A stretch of 64,000 bases of DNA, taken from Squalus acanthias. Its lineage: Eukaryota. The DNA lies in NCBI GenBank assembly GCA_030390025.1, contig CM059425.1:173850001-173914000 (forward strand), in the 5' to 3' direction. The stretch's first letter is position 1. Each line of letters starts with the position of its first letter. Below the pieces are notes generated by a model. It worked only from the letters and a program-made list of their open reading frames with translations. It was not told where the DNA came from and ran no database searches. The position numbers and the translations under genes were made by a program. Of the stretch, positions 36,714 to 49,432 are shown in pieces.

Positions 36714-39700
36714 CATCATAAAATCATAGAAATTTACAGCACAGAAGGAGGCCATTCGGCCCAGCTTGTCCGTGCCGGCCGACAAAGAGCTATCCAGCCT
36801 AATCCCACTTCCCAGCACTTGGTCCGTATCCTTGTAGGTTACGGCACTTCAAATGCATATCCAAGTACTTTTTAAATGTGATGAGGGTTTCTGCCTCTAC
36901 CACCCTTTCAGGCAGTGAGTTCCAGACCCCCTCCACCCTCTGGTTGAAAACATTTCTCCTCAAATCCCCTCTAAACCTCCTAGCAATTACTTTAAATCTA
37001 TGCCCTCTGGTTATCGACCCCTCTGCTAAGGGAAATAGGTCCTTCGTATCATCTCTATCTAGGCCCCTCGTAATTTTATACACCTCAATTAGGTCTCCCC
37101 TCAGCCTCCTCTGTTCCAAAGCAAACAACCCCAGCCTATCCAATCTTTCCTCATAGCTAAAATTCCCCAGCGCAGGCAACATCCTTGTAAATCTCCTCTG
37201 TACCCTCTCTAATGCAGTCACATCTTTCCTGTAATGTGGTGACCAGAACTGCATGCAGTATTCTAGCTGCGACCGAACTAGTGTTTTTACAGTTCAAGCA
37301 TAACCTCCCTGCTCTTATATTCTATACCTCGGCTAATAAAGGCAAATATCCCATATGCCTTCTTAACAACCTTATCTACCTGTCCTGCTACCTTCAGGGA
37401 TCTGTGGACGTGCACTCCAAGGTCCCTCTGATCCTATGCATTCTCAGTGTCCGACCATATATTGTGTATTCCCTTGCGTTGTTAGCCGTCCCCAAATGCA
37501 TTACCTCACACTTCTCCGGATTGAATTCCATTTGTCACTGTTCTGCCCACCTGAGCAGTCCATTGATATCTTCCTGCAGTCTACAGCTTTCTTCTTCATT
37601 ATCAACCACATAGAAACACAGAAGATAGGAGCAGGAGTAGGCCATTCGGCCCCTCGAGCCTGTTCTGCCATTTAATGAGATCATGGCTGATCATCCAAAT
37701 TCAGTACCCTGTCCCTGGTTTCTCCCCATATCCCTTGATCCTTTTAGCCTTAAGAAATATATCTAACTCCTTCTTGAATATATTTAATGAATTGGCCTCA
37801 ACTGCCTTGTGTGGTAGAGAATTCCACAGGTTCACCACTCTCTGGGTGAAGAAATTCCTCCTCATCTCAGTCCTAAATGGCTTACCCCTTATCCTTAGAC
37901 TGTGACCTCTGGTTCTGGACTCCCCCGCCATCGGGAACATCCCTCCTGCATCTCGTCTGTCTAGTCCCGTCAGAATTTTATAAGTTTCAATGAGATCCCC
38001 TCTCATTCTTCTAAACTCTAGCGAATATAAGCCTAATCGACCCAATCTCTCTTCATACGTCATTCCTGCCATCCCAGGTATCAGTCTGGTGAATCTTCAC
38101 TGCACTCTCTCCATGGCAAGAACATCCTTCCTCAGATAAGGCGACCAAAACTGCACACAATACTCAAGGTGTGGTCTCACCAAGGCTCTGTACAACTGCA
38201 GCAAGCCATCCTTGCTCCTGTACTCGAATCCTCTCGTATGAAGGCCAACATACCATTTGCCTTCTTAACCGCCTGCTGCACCTGCATGCTTACCTTCAGC
38301 GACTGGTGCACAAGGACACCCAGGTCTCGTTGCACTTCCCCTTTTCCCAATCTATTGCCGTTACGATAATAATCTGTCTTCCTGTTTTTGCCACCAAAGT
38401 GGATAACCTCGCATTTATCCACATTATGCTGCATCTGCCATGCATCTGTCCAATCACCCAACCTGTCCAAATCATACTGGAGTTTCTCTGCATCCTCCTC
38501 ACAGCACACACGCCCACCCAGCTTTGTGTCGTCTGCAAACTTGGAGATATTACATCTAGTTCCCTCGTCTAGATCATTAATATATATTGTGAATAGCTGG
38601 GGTCCTAGCACCGATCCCTGTGGTACCCCACTAGTCACTGCCTGCCATTTGGAAAAAGATCCATTTATTCCAACTCTTTGCTTACTGTCTGCCAACCAGT
38701 TCTCTATCCAAGTCAGTACCTTACCCCCAATTCCATGTGCTTTAACTTTGCACGCTAATCTCTTATGCGGGACCTTATCGAAAGCCTTCTGAAAGTCCAA
38801 ATACACCACATCCACTGGTTCTCCCTTATCTATTCTACCAGTTACACATCCTCAAAAAATTCCGGTAGATTAGTCAAGCATGATTTACCTTTTGTAAATC
38901 CATGTTGACTTTGTCCGATCCTGTCACTGTTTTCCAAGTGCTCTGCTATTACATATTTTAGAATGGACTCGAGCATTTTCCCCACTACCGATGTCAGGCT
39001 TATCGGTCTATAATTCCCCGTTTTCTCTCTACCACCTTTTTTGAATAGTGGGGTAACATTAGCTACCCTCCAATCCATGGGTACTGTTCCAGAATCTATC
39101 GAATTTTGGAAGATGACCAGCAATGCATCTACTATTTCTAGGGCCACTTCCTTAAGTACCCTAGGATGTAGATTATCAGGCCCTGGGGATTTATCGGCCT
39201 TCAATCCCGTCAATTTCCCTAACACCATTTTCCTACAAATACTGATTTCATTCAATTCCTCCCTCTCATTAGACCCTATGTTCCCCGACAACTCTGGGAG
39301 GTTATTTGTGTCCTCCTTTGTGAAGACAGAACCAAAGTATGTATTTAATTGGTCTGCCATTTCTTTGTTCCCCATTATAATTTCCCCTGATTCTGACTGC
39401 AAGGGACCTACGCTTGACCTCACCAATCTTTTTCTCTTCACATATCTATAGAAGCTTTTACAGTCAGTTTTTATGTTCCCTGCAAGCTTACTCTCATATT
39501 CTATTTTCCCCCTCTTAATTAATCCCTTTGTCCTCCTTTGCTGAATCCTAAACTTCTCCCAATCCTCAGGTTTGCTGCTTTTTCTGGCCAATTTATATGT
39601 CCTCTCCTTGGATCTTATGCTATCCCTAATGTCCCTTGTTAGCCACGGTTGAGTCACCTTTTATGTTTTATTTTTGTGCCAAACAGGGATGAACAAATTC

Positions 39701-40232
39701 TGTAGTTCATCCATGCGATCTTAAAATGTTTGCCATTGCCTATCCACCGTCAACCCTTTAAGTAACGCTCCCCAATCCATCCTAGCCAACTCGTGCCTCA
39801 TACCATCGTAGTTTCCTTTATTTAAATTCAGGACCCTAGTCTCTGAGTCAACTACTTCACTCTCCATCTCAATGAAGAATTCTCTCATATTATGATCGCT
39901 CCTCCCCAAGGGGCCTCACACAACAAGATTTCTAATTAATCCTTTCTCATTACATAATACCCAGTCTAAGATGGCCTGATCTCTAGTTGGTTCCTCGACA
40001 TATTGGTCCAGGAAACCATCCCGTACACACTCTTGGAATTCCTCCTCCACAGTATTGTTACTAATTTGGTTAGCCCAATCTATATGTAGATTAAAGTCAC
40101 CCATGATAACTGCTGTGCCCTTATTGTACGCGTCTCTAATTACCCATTTAATGCCATTCCCAACCTCAACATTACTGTTTGGGGGTCTGTATACAACTCC
40201 CACTAATGTTTTCTGCCCCTTGGTATTTCTCA

Positions 40233-40268
40233 GCTAACGGGAGGCTCAACCAACTGAATTTTTCCCCC
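40233..40268 (-). mobile_element. 36-bp terminal remnant of the Harbinger MITE, inverted
   Basis: Reverse complement reads GGGGGAAAAATTCAGTTGGTTGAGCCTCCCGTTAGC, the MITE left end. Confidence 0.85.
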
Positions 40269-40301
40269 AAAGCCTTCAGGCTTGCTTTTTTAACACTCTT
40301 A

Positions 40302-41193
40302 GGGGGAAAAATTCAGTTGATTGTGCCTCCCGTTAGCGCCTTAAGAGGGCGCTAATGGGGCGCAAAGCATCTAGCGCCCAGGCGCGGCGAAGTTTGCGCC
40401 GCTCGCAAAATTAACTAGACATTTTGCGGCGGCGCTAAACACTACCGCCACGATCTCCTGCGCCGGCAGATTGTGACGTCAGTCGAGTGCGCAACGCCCC
40501 GGTATCGCCCCGGAGCGGATATTGAGTGGCGCCCCCTGCCTTACCGCCTGACGCTAGCAACGACAGGTTGAGGGGAGCGTTCTGCAGTCATGAAGGGAAT
40601 GGGGGAGCGCTATTTAAAGGTGACCGCTTCCTGCCTTTTATTGTTGGTGCCATTTTTGAACTACGCATTCTGAGAGAGAGAGGGAGAGACTTCTGGAGAG
40701 ATTCAACGTTGTGTGAAGGAGTTTTGGGTTCTGAGCAGCACTTTGCAGGTTCATTTTGATTTGCCATTCCTTGTATCGATTTAGAAGAGACTGTGGGGGC
40801 TGCACTCTGAGCTCTTTGCCTGGTACTCTCCATTGTTCTTTCCAGCAGATTTGATGTGCAGGTCTCTCCAGGCCGAGATTCAAGGCTGCAATGAGCAGGA
40901 TGTGGATGGAAAGCAAGATTAACCATCCCCTTTAAGAACTGGTCCGTGCCATTGTGTGTGTGTTCCATTGCTGACTGACATTACATGAGCTTCGCCAGCG
41001 CTCTGAGGTAGCGCCTCGCTCCTCGGCCTTTGCGCCTTAAGACAGGTGTGAAGCGCCTGATTTAGCGCTCCAATCACCTCCTGGGGCGATAAAAGTCAAG
41101 TTTGCAGTCGGTGGCGATAATTAGCGCAGGCGCTAATCTTTGCGCCCGGCCGATAATTGCGCCCCAAATGGGGCGATACTGAATTTCTCCCCC
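40302..41193 (+). mobile_element. 892-bp Harbinger MITE, deletion derivative of the 27156 family
   Basis: TIRs and TTA TSD; colinear with 27156-27659 joined to 30784-31171. Confidence 0.93.
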
Positions 41194-41350
41194 TTAGTCC
41201 TTATAGAATTATTATTTACTGTAGTCCTGTTTGATTTACACCCTTGATTTCTCTGCCTTCCACTTTTGCTTTTCTCCTTCCTGTCTTTTGTTTCTATCCT
41301 TGCTTCCCTTTCCTCTGTCTCCCTGCACAGGTTCCCAACCCCCTGCCATT

Positions 41351-42282
41351 TTAGTTTAAACCCTCCCCAACAGCACTAGCAAACACTCCCCCGAGGACAT
41401 CGGTCTCGGTCCCGCCCAGGTGCAAACCGTCCAGTTTTGTACTGGTCCCACCTCCCCCAAAACCGGTTCCAATGTCCCAGGAATTTGAATCCCTCCCCCT
41501 TGCACCATTCCTCTAGCCATGTATTCATCTGAAATATCCTTCTATTTCTACTCTGACTAGCACGTGGCACTGGTAGCAATCCTGAGATTACTACCTTTGA
41601 GGTCCTATTTTTTAATTTAACTCCTAACTCCCTATATTCAGCTTTTAGGACCTCATTCCTTTTTTTACCTATATCGTTGGTACCTATATGCACCACGACA
41701 ACTGGCTGTTCACTCTCCCCCTCCAGAATGCCCTGCAGCCGCCCCGAGACATCCTTGACCCTTGCACCAGGGAGGCAACATACCATCCTAGAGTCTCGTT
41801 TGCGGCCGCAGAAATGCCTATCTATTCCCCTTACAATAGAATCCCCTATCACTATAGCTCTCCCGCTCTTTTTCCTCCCGTCCTGTGCAGCAGAACCACC
41901 CATGGTGCCAGGAAGTTGGCTGCTGCTGCCATCTCCCTCAACAATTTCCAAAGTGGTATATCTGTTTGAGAGGGGGAAGGCCACAGGGGACCCCTGCACT
42001 ACCTGCCTGTGCCTACTCTGCCTGGCGGTCACCCATTCCCTTCCTGCCTGTGCAGCCTTTACTGCGGTGTGACCAACTCATTAAACGCGCTATCCACGAT
42101 GTCCTCAGCATCGCGAATGCTCCAGTATGTATCCATTCGCAGCTCCAGCGCCGCAATGCAGTCTGCCAGTAGCTGCAGCTGGATACACTTCCCGCACACA
42201 TGGTCGTCAGGGACACAGGAAGTGTCCCTGATTTCCCACATAGTGAAGGAGGAGCATGCCACGGGGCCGAGCTGTGCTACTA
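41351..42282 (-). pseudogene. CR1 ORF1: zinc finger/leucine zipper plus SGNH/GDSL esterase
   Basis: CSSF...CGKC, IAALELRM, IVIGDSIVR, HIGTNDI; stop and frameshift present. Confidence 0.85.
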
Positions 42283-42596
42283 TGACTTACCCTTTAATTA
42301 ATTTGAATTAAATTAAATCAAATTAATACCACTAATTACACTACAATTAAATGATATACACAAGGGCCCTTGTTTACTAGCACTCCCCGCTACACAACAG
42401 AGACCTTAGAAACTATAACCACAAAAATTAAGACCTTCTAAACTTTATAAACATTTAACCTTAACTGTCAAACTATAGAGTAGTATAAATACTCACCTGG
42501 CCGTACTCACCCAATCAGCTGCTTCCTCTTGCCCGCGTCACTTTTTGAATCGTGACGTGGCTCTGGAACGCCGCCGCCGGTCTGTGAGATTGGTAA

Positions 42597-42741
42597 GCCT
42601 CTGTAAAAAAGCCCGCGAAAGTGAGTTTAAATACTCACTGTTCTCTCCTGTTGCTCCCGACACCGGCCTCTGAAAAAAAGCCCGCGAAAGTGAGTTTAAA
42701 TACTCACTGTTCTCTCCTGTTGCTCCCGACACCGGCCTCTC
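42597..42741. repeat. Two 69-bp tandem monomers at the CR1 5' end
   Basis: GCCCGCGAAAGTGAGTTTAAATACTCACTG... at 42611 and 42680. Confidence 0.9.
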
Positions 42742-43109
42742 TCTCTCTCTGTCTCTATCTCAAACTCTTTCTCACCCGGCCAATTTTTGTATCATCTGCA
42801 AACTTCTTAATCTTACTTCCTACATTCAAGTCCAAATCATTGATATATACCACAAAAAGCAAAGGAACCAGTACTGAGCCCTGCGGAACCCCACTGGAAA
42901 CAGCCTTCCAGTCACAAAAACACCGTTCGAATCCAACTTGCCGCTTTGCCTTGGATCCCATGGGCTTTTACTTTCGTGACCAGTCTGCCATGCGGGACCT
43001 TATCAATAGTCTTGCTAAATTCCATATAAACTACATTAAATGCACTACCCTCATCAACCCTCCTTGTTACCTCCTCAAACAATTCAATCAAGTTAGTCAG
43101 ACACGACCT

Positions 43110-43296
43110 GAAGGATGATGTCATATAATCAACTAATACAAAATGAGATCTATAGTAGATACTGAAGTCATTGTGAGTAGAAAGTGAGAGCAGTTTAGGG
43201 GCCTGTGTCTCCCTCACTGAACCCTATTAAATCTTTTGCTGGATTGTTTTATCATGCCGCCCCCCCCCCCCCCACCACCAACAATCTACCAAAAAG
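43110..43296 (+). repeat. Direct repeat copy B
   Basis: Homologous to 36516-36713. Confidence 0.9.
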
Positions 43297-43571
43297 TACT
43301 ACTTTTTTTGTCAGAGCAAATATGTGAGAGATAGTACACTTAAGATATTTATATAAAGTAGGCTTACAGAGAGTTTTCCATTGGAATAAGAAAGATATTT
43401 AAAAAGGTGTGTTAAACTGATATGTTATGATAGAAGTTGAATCATTTTCATGTCTGTTATGCCCTGTAATGTCTTTTGTCTCAGATGTACATTAACAGTG
43501 GGTCTCAGGGTGGGCGCAGGAAGTTCTTATTTGTAATATCCATATGACATGGGAGTAACATAATAACCCAT

Positions 43572-45380
43572 TAGGAACATAGGAACAGGAGTAGGCCATT
43601 CAGCCCCTCGAGCCTTTTTCACCATTCAGTGAGATCATGGCTGATCTGCGACCTAACTCCATATACCCTGCCTTTGGCCCATATCCCTTAATACCTTTGG
43701 TTAGCTAAAAGCTATCAATCTCCAATTTAAAATGAACAATTGATCTAGCATCAATTGCTGCTTGCGGAAAAGAGTTCCAAACTTCTACCACCCTTTGTGT
43801 GTAGAAGTGTTTCCTAATTTCACTCCTGAAAGGTCTATCTCTAATTTTTAGACTATGGCCCCTAGTCCTAGAATCCCCAACCAGTGGAAATAGCTTCTCT
43901 CTATCTACCCTATCTGTTCCGCTTAATATCTTGAAAACTTCGATCAGATCAGCCCTTAACCTTCTAAATTCTAGGGAATACAACCCTAATTTGTGTAATC
44001 TCTCCTCCTAACTTAACCCTTGAAGTCCGGGTATCATTCTGGTAAACCTACGCTACACTCCCTCCAAGGCCAATATGTCCTTCCTAAGGTGTGGTGCCCA
44101 GAACTGCTCACAGTACTCCAGGTGTGGTCTAACCAGGGTTTTGTATAGCTGCAGCATAACTTCTACCCCCTTGTATTCTAGTCATCTAGATATAAAGGCC
44201 AGCATTCCATTAGCCTTTTTGATTATTTTCTTTACCTGTTCATGACATCTTAATGATCTATGTACCTGGACCCCCAAGTCTCTTTGGACCTCCACTGTTT
44301 TTAGCTTTTCACCATTTAGAAAGTACCCTGTTCTATCCTTTTTAGGTCCAAAGTGGATGACCTCATATTTGCTTACATTGAAATCCATTTGCCACAGTTT
44401 TGCCCATTCACTTAATCTTCGTAATTTTATGCTTTCATCTACACTGTCTACAGTGCCGCCAATTTTTGTGTCATTGGCAAATTTGGATATATGACTTTCT
44501 ATGCCATCATCTAAGTCGTTAATAAATACTGTGAATAGTTGAGGCCCCAACACAGATCCCTGCGGGACACCACTAGTCACATCCTGTCAATTTGAGTATC
44601 TACCCATTATCCCTACTACCTGTCTCCTGCCGCTCAGCCAATTTCCTAACCAGGTCAATAATTTGCCCTCAATTCCGTGAGCTTCCACCTTAGATAACAA
44701 TCTCTAATGTGGGACTTTATCAAATGCCTTCTGGAAGTCCATATAAATAATATGCAGACATTCCCCTGTCCACTACTTTAGTCACCACTTCAAAAAATTC
44801 AGTCAGGTTTGTCAGGCATGATCTACCTTTCACAAATCCATACTGGCTCTCTCCGATCAACTGAGAATCTTTGAGGTGTTCAGTCACCCTATCCTTAATT
44901 ATAGACTTTAGCAATTTCCCGACAACAGATGTTAGGCTAACTGTTCTATAATTCCCTGATATCCCTCTCTTGCCATTCTTAAATAGCAGCATGACATGCA
45001 CAATTTTCCAATCTAAAGAAACGGTTCCTGAATCTAGAGAACTTTGCATCTGCAATGTGCACGTCTACTTCCTTTAAAACCCTGGGATGGAAACCATCTA
45101 GACCTGGGGATCTGTCACTCTTTAGTGCCATTATTTTCTTCATTACTGTTATTTTACTTCCGTGAATTTTATTGAGTCCCTGTCCCCGATTCAATAGTTA
45201 GTTTCCTTAGGATTTCTGGCATGCTATCCTCTTCTTCTACTGTAAATACTGATGCAAAGTAATTATTCAACATGTCCAGCATTTCCTTATTATCATTGAC
45301 AATATCCCACTTTCAGTTTTTAAGGGGCCAACATTGCTCCTGACTACCCTCTTTTTCCTAATGTAATTGTAAAAATTCCC
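43572..45380 (-). mobile_element. CR1 LINE, 5'-truncated
   Basis: RT motifs in ORFs 44182-44580 and 44720-45055; tail TAGGAACATAGGAAC. Confidence 0.9.
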
Positions 45381-46014
45381 CTGCATTGCACCAGGTGTGG
45401 TCAGGCTCCCCAGTCAAGTCCCCATCTCTCTCCCTATATTCATGGACTCTGGTTTGGACTCAGGTTCTGTGTGATGGTGATAACTCTGAACAGGATTCCT
45501 CAGTCAGAACTTCACACGTCAAAACCGGCCAGCACAGACAAACCTCAACCAAACCGAGAGATCGCACAAAGGGTAGCGGGCTCAGTGTTTGAGGCACTTC
45601 TTAGAGGGCACTTCTCCTAAACTCAGCTCAGCACAAACATTTGTAAGCCACTCCCTGGGATCAGGCTCAATAAAGGAGAGTTGTCATAGAATGATAGAAA
45701 TTACAGCACCTGAGGAGGCTATTTTTCCCCTGATGCCTGTGCCGCTACTAGTACTGTACTCTCTCCTGTATCCATTTCTCCCAGATCCTTTTATATTTCT
45801 CCTTTTCAAATACTTATCCCATTCCCTTTCAAATGATGTTCTAGTCTCTGTCTCAATAACCACTTGTGGTGAAGCATCTCATAGTCTAATAACCCTCAGT
45901 GCAAAAACCATTCTTCCTTCCCCCTTGGTTCTTCCAGTGAGCATCCTTGGTCTCTGCCCCCATTCATCCACCAGTGGGGAAGTGGGTGTAATGGTTTGAT
46001 CCAGCAAACAACAC

Positions 46015-46110
46015 CCTGTGACTAGCCTTAAGCATCTGTGCACAGTTAATTGGCTTATATTAGTGATGACCCCAGCGGCAGCCTGGAATGATCCTGTACC
46101 ATGGGCTGTA
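46015..46110 (-). mobile_element. Very old Harbinger transposase remnant
   Basis: GTGSFQAAAGVITNISQLTVHRCLRLVT. Confidence 0.65.
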
Positions 46111-46835
46111 GGTTTGTTTGTAGCGTGTGGAATAACTGATTGATGACCCTGTAAAGTGTAGCTTCTATAAGTACTGGTACTGGGACAACTCGAGTGCCTC
46201 AGTCTATATATTTTGGAGTGGAGATACTGGTGGGTGGGTGCTTCCTCACCAGTCTGGAATCCCTCTGTTGTTCCTCCTCCTCTTCTTCCAGGAAGCAAAG
46301 ATACAGGGGAATTCCCAATGGGAAAATCCATTGTGCCCTCTGTGCAATGGAAAGGTGGAGGTAAACAGCAGCCCTATAACAAGAACCACAAAGATAGGTG
46401 TGAAAATCTTTGCAACAACAACAAAAATAACTTAAATAGAGTCAGAAATAAGGTTGCTGGAAATCCTACCAATCTAGCTGCAGTGCTTTTCAAATTTACA
46501 TTTCTTTCTCTAATGCTTAGCAACCCTGGATGCTTGTTTTATATGGCCGAAAACATAACTGGATGCAATTGAGGTGAAAATTATGGAAAATGGGACATAT
46601 GACATCACCACATGATGATCCTCTCATTTATATTTAGCTACCAAATATATGGGTGGGTGTTTACCCCCGCTGACGGAAATTACATCAGTAAATGGGGCAG
46701 GTGCTAAAGTGGTCAAAGTTGTGGGAGAACAGAAATCCCACCCAGTTTCCATTGCCCAAAGGACCCAACATTTTTAGCTGGATTATATTCATTATAGTTA
46801 GTTAAATTGACTGTTCCGGACATTGTAAAGGAAAG

Positions 46836-47245
46836 TTGGTAAAAGCTTTCAACACAGTTGAGCATAAATTGATTGTTAAATCATTAGTAAGAAGCGGAAT
46901 CCCCAATCGGTTTACCGTCCTGATCTGTTTGATACAACAGCAGTAATTGAGAGAGGAACATCTAAAACTAGAAATCAAATTAAGAAGGGTGCGAAATAGG
47001 GAAACCCTCTTTCACCTGTATTATTTAGCATCACTATAGATTCTCTGTTGTGTATCTTGGAGAAGGAGAGTTCGGGTTTTTGAGTAAACCATCTGGAACT
47101 GAAGATCAAGCTTGCTGCCCTTGTTTTTGCTGATGATATTGCTCTCATGAGTGATTCACATTCAGGAATAGCCCACAACTTAAGAATATTGCAATCCTTT
47201 GACAATAACTCAACATCAAGAAGACTGTGGTCTTTCATTTGATAC
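46836..47245 (+). pseudogene. Degraded R2-like (RLE-clade non-LTR) reverse transcriptase fragment
   Basis: LVKAFNTVEH...SGIP / QIKKGAK*GNPLSPVLFSITIDSLLCILEKESSGF*...AALVFADDIALMSDSHSGIAHNLRILQSF. Not in the ORF track because of stops and a frameshift. Confidence 0.68.
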
Positions 47246-47304
47246 AAGACTGTCCTGTCTAACTCCAAGGTAAGTTGGTCCATAAATAAAGGAGAAGTAG
47301 ATAC

Positions 47305-47600
47305 AGGGAATCAAGGGGACATAATAAAATTAGAGCTAGGTTATTCTGGAGCGAAATCAGGAGCACTTTTTCACATAAAGGGTAGTAGAAATCTGAAACT
47401 CTCTCCCCTAAAAGGCAGAGGATGCTAGGACAATTGAAGCTTTCAAGACTGAGATAGATAGATGTATGTTAGGCAAGGGTATCAAGAGATATGGAGCAAA
47501 GGCAGGTAAATGGAGTTGAGGTGCAAATCAGCCATGATCTAATTGAATGGCGGAGCAGGCTCAAGGGGCTGAATAGCCTAATCTGTTCCTAATGTTCCTA
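47305..47600 (+). mobile_element. CR1 3' end
   Basis: C-terminus plus tail GTTCCTAATGTTCCTA. Confidence 0.8.
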
Positions 47601-48095
47601 GATTTGTGCCCCCTCGTTATCAACCATTCAGCCATTGGAAACAGTTTCTCTTTATTTACTCTATCTAAATCCTTCATGATTTTAAACATCTCTATCAAAT
47701 CTCCTCTTAGTCTTTTCTGCTCCAAGGAGAACAACCCTAGCTTCTCTAGTCTATCTACGTAACTGTAATCCCTCATCCCTGGAACGATTCTAGTAAATCT
47801 CTTCTATACCCTCTCCAAAGCCTTCACGTCCTTCCTAAAGTGTTGACATGAGGGAAAGAAAAATAACGCAACGAGTGGTTAGGATTTGAAATGCACTACC
47901 TGATAGGGTGGTGGATACAGATTCAATTTGAGCCTTCAAAAGGGAATTGGATAAATACTTGAAGGAGAAAAAATTGCAGGGATATGGGGAAAGAGCAGGG
48001 AAGTGGGACTAACTGGTTTGCTTTTCAAAAGAGCTGGCGCAGACTCGATAGGCTGAATGGCCTCCTTCTGTGCTGTACTATTCTATTATTCTATT
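47601..48095 (+). mobile_element. CR1 3' end with inverted 5' segment (47601-47843 antisense, 47844-48095 sense)
   Basis: Antisense ORF 47561-47776 (RLEKLGLFSLEQ) followed by a sense 3' end and tail. Confidence 0.8.
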
Positions 48096-48659
48096 TCTTA
48101 CTCCCAGAAATATAGAGAATTATTTGGGGGCTGGAATTGATGCATGAGTGGGATTGAAGGAAGACCAATGGATGAGAAATTGGAGACAAAAATGGCTAAC
48201 TTTATTTTCCATTTTACACATCAGGCATAATATTCTGTTAGTATTTCTTTGACATAAATACATAGTTTTTTATTTTTCTTACATGCATAGATAGATGGCA
48301 GGGGAGAAGACAAGAGGTGAAACAGGGATGGTGAAAGCTCCCAATATGAACTTGTGCAACTAACCTCAGCAGAAAAGTTAGGAAATGTAAGCTTTGTTTT
48401 AAAAAAAGTGAACACAGACCCAGGATATGTGATCAACAAATAACATTCCAGAGATAAAGAGAAGTAATTTCTTGACATAGTAGACAGCATCCTATTATTG
48501 GAAGCTGAAGCAGAACTATCCTGCATGGGCAATACAATGCTTTGGCTCTCAGAATTTTAAAATATTTTTTTCCTGGCATGAATAACGGATACTGACAACC
48601 AGGTAGAGGCAGACCAGAAGCATTTTGGCTTGTTGTGCTGTTGCTCCAAAAATATTCAT

Positions 48660-48778
48660 AAAATCATACATCACAGAAGGAGGCCATTTGGCCCATCATG
48701 GCTCTTTGAAAGATTAGTCCCACTCCCCTGCTCTTTCTCTACAGCCCTGCAAATTTTTCCTTTTCAAGTATATATCCA
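48660..48778 (-). mobile_element. CR1-type 3' tail fragment
   Basis: CACAGAAGGAGGCCATTTGGCCCATC...CCCACTCCCCTGCTCTTT. Confidence 0.65.
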
Positions 48779-49023
48779 GAATGGTTAGAGCCAAAGCAGA
48801 GATGAGCTTTAGTATATCAATTGGGGAGACTGATATTTTGTTAATTATATCTCACAAAAATGCTCTAAATTGACTCCATTTTTCTACCAGCCTGCACTTA
48901 AGAAGATGCAGACAAGAGCAGGTGTGCAAGAATTTTGGGGCACTACCTAGGATAACAAACTTAAAACTTTTTTATTCATTTATACTGCAGCAAAATCTAT
49001 TTATATTTTCTATTGTTTCATAG

Positions 49024-49086
49024 GTAGATAAAAAAATAGTTCGAACTGAAATAGGAGTTCTACTTCGACTCTCCCACCCCAATATT
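49024..49086 (+). CDS. CAMK4: Calcium/calmodulin-dependent protein kinase IV, coding exon 3 (63 bp)
   Basis: ttcatag|VDKKIVRTEIGVLLRLSHPNI|gtaagt; in frame (phase 0) with the exon at 25261. Confidence 0.95.
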
Positions 49087-49432
49087 GTAAGTATGAATTG
49101 CTATATTCATCACAATACCTAACTTGCTCATTTACTAATATATCAGCAAAGATATAAGACCCTAGTAATTTTCCCCCCTTCCTTTTTGTGTAAGGTATGT
49201 AACGATTTATAACTTGCAGGCTCAGTTATAAATATGCTATATTTTGAACTGTTTTCTCAACGTTGACTGCTCACTATCTGATATCACACAAATGTATTTA
49301 ACTATTTTTGTGCCATTATGGTACAAGCCTGTACTTGCATATTAACATTAGCACTCGGATGCCGCTACACCGTTTCAAGTAGATGAACAGGGGAGGAACA
49401 GTTTTCCACTTTATCGGTATGTTTGAAGCCAA

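Larger units (their letters stand above)
37608..42772 (-). mobile_element. Near full-length CR1 LINE (5'UTR, ORF1, EN-RT ORF2, tail), disrupted
   Basis: ORF1 and ORF2 pieces in order; tail matches 16101-17309 and 56198. Confidence 0.92.
36714..43109 (-). mobile_element. 5'-truncated CR1 (36714-37607 plus 42773-43109) split by a younger CR1
   Basis: Continuous antisense RT across the insertion (...ATCAACCA|...CGGCCAATTTTTGTATCATCTGCAAAC). Confidence 0.85.

Noticed and set aside
41376..42032. Stand-alone GDSL lipase gene
   Set aside because: It is the known esterase domain of CR1 ORF1.
42597..42741. CRISPR-like repeat array
   Set aside because: Two spacerless tandem monomers in a vertebrate LINE 5'UTR.
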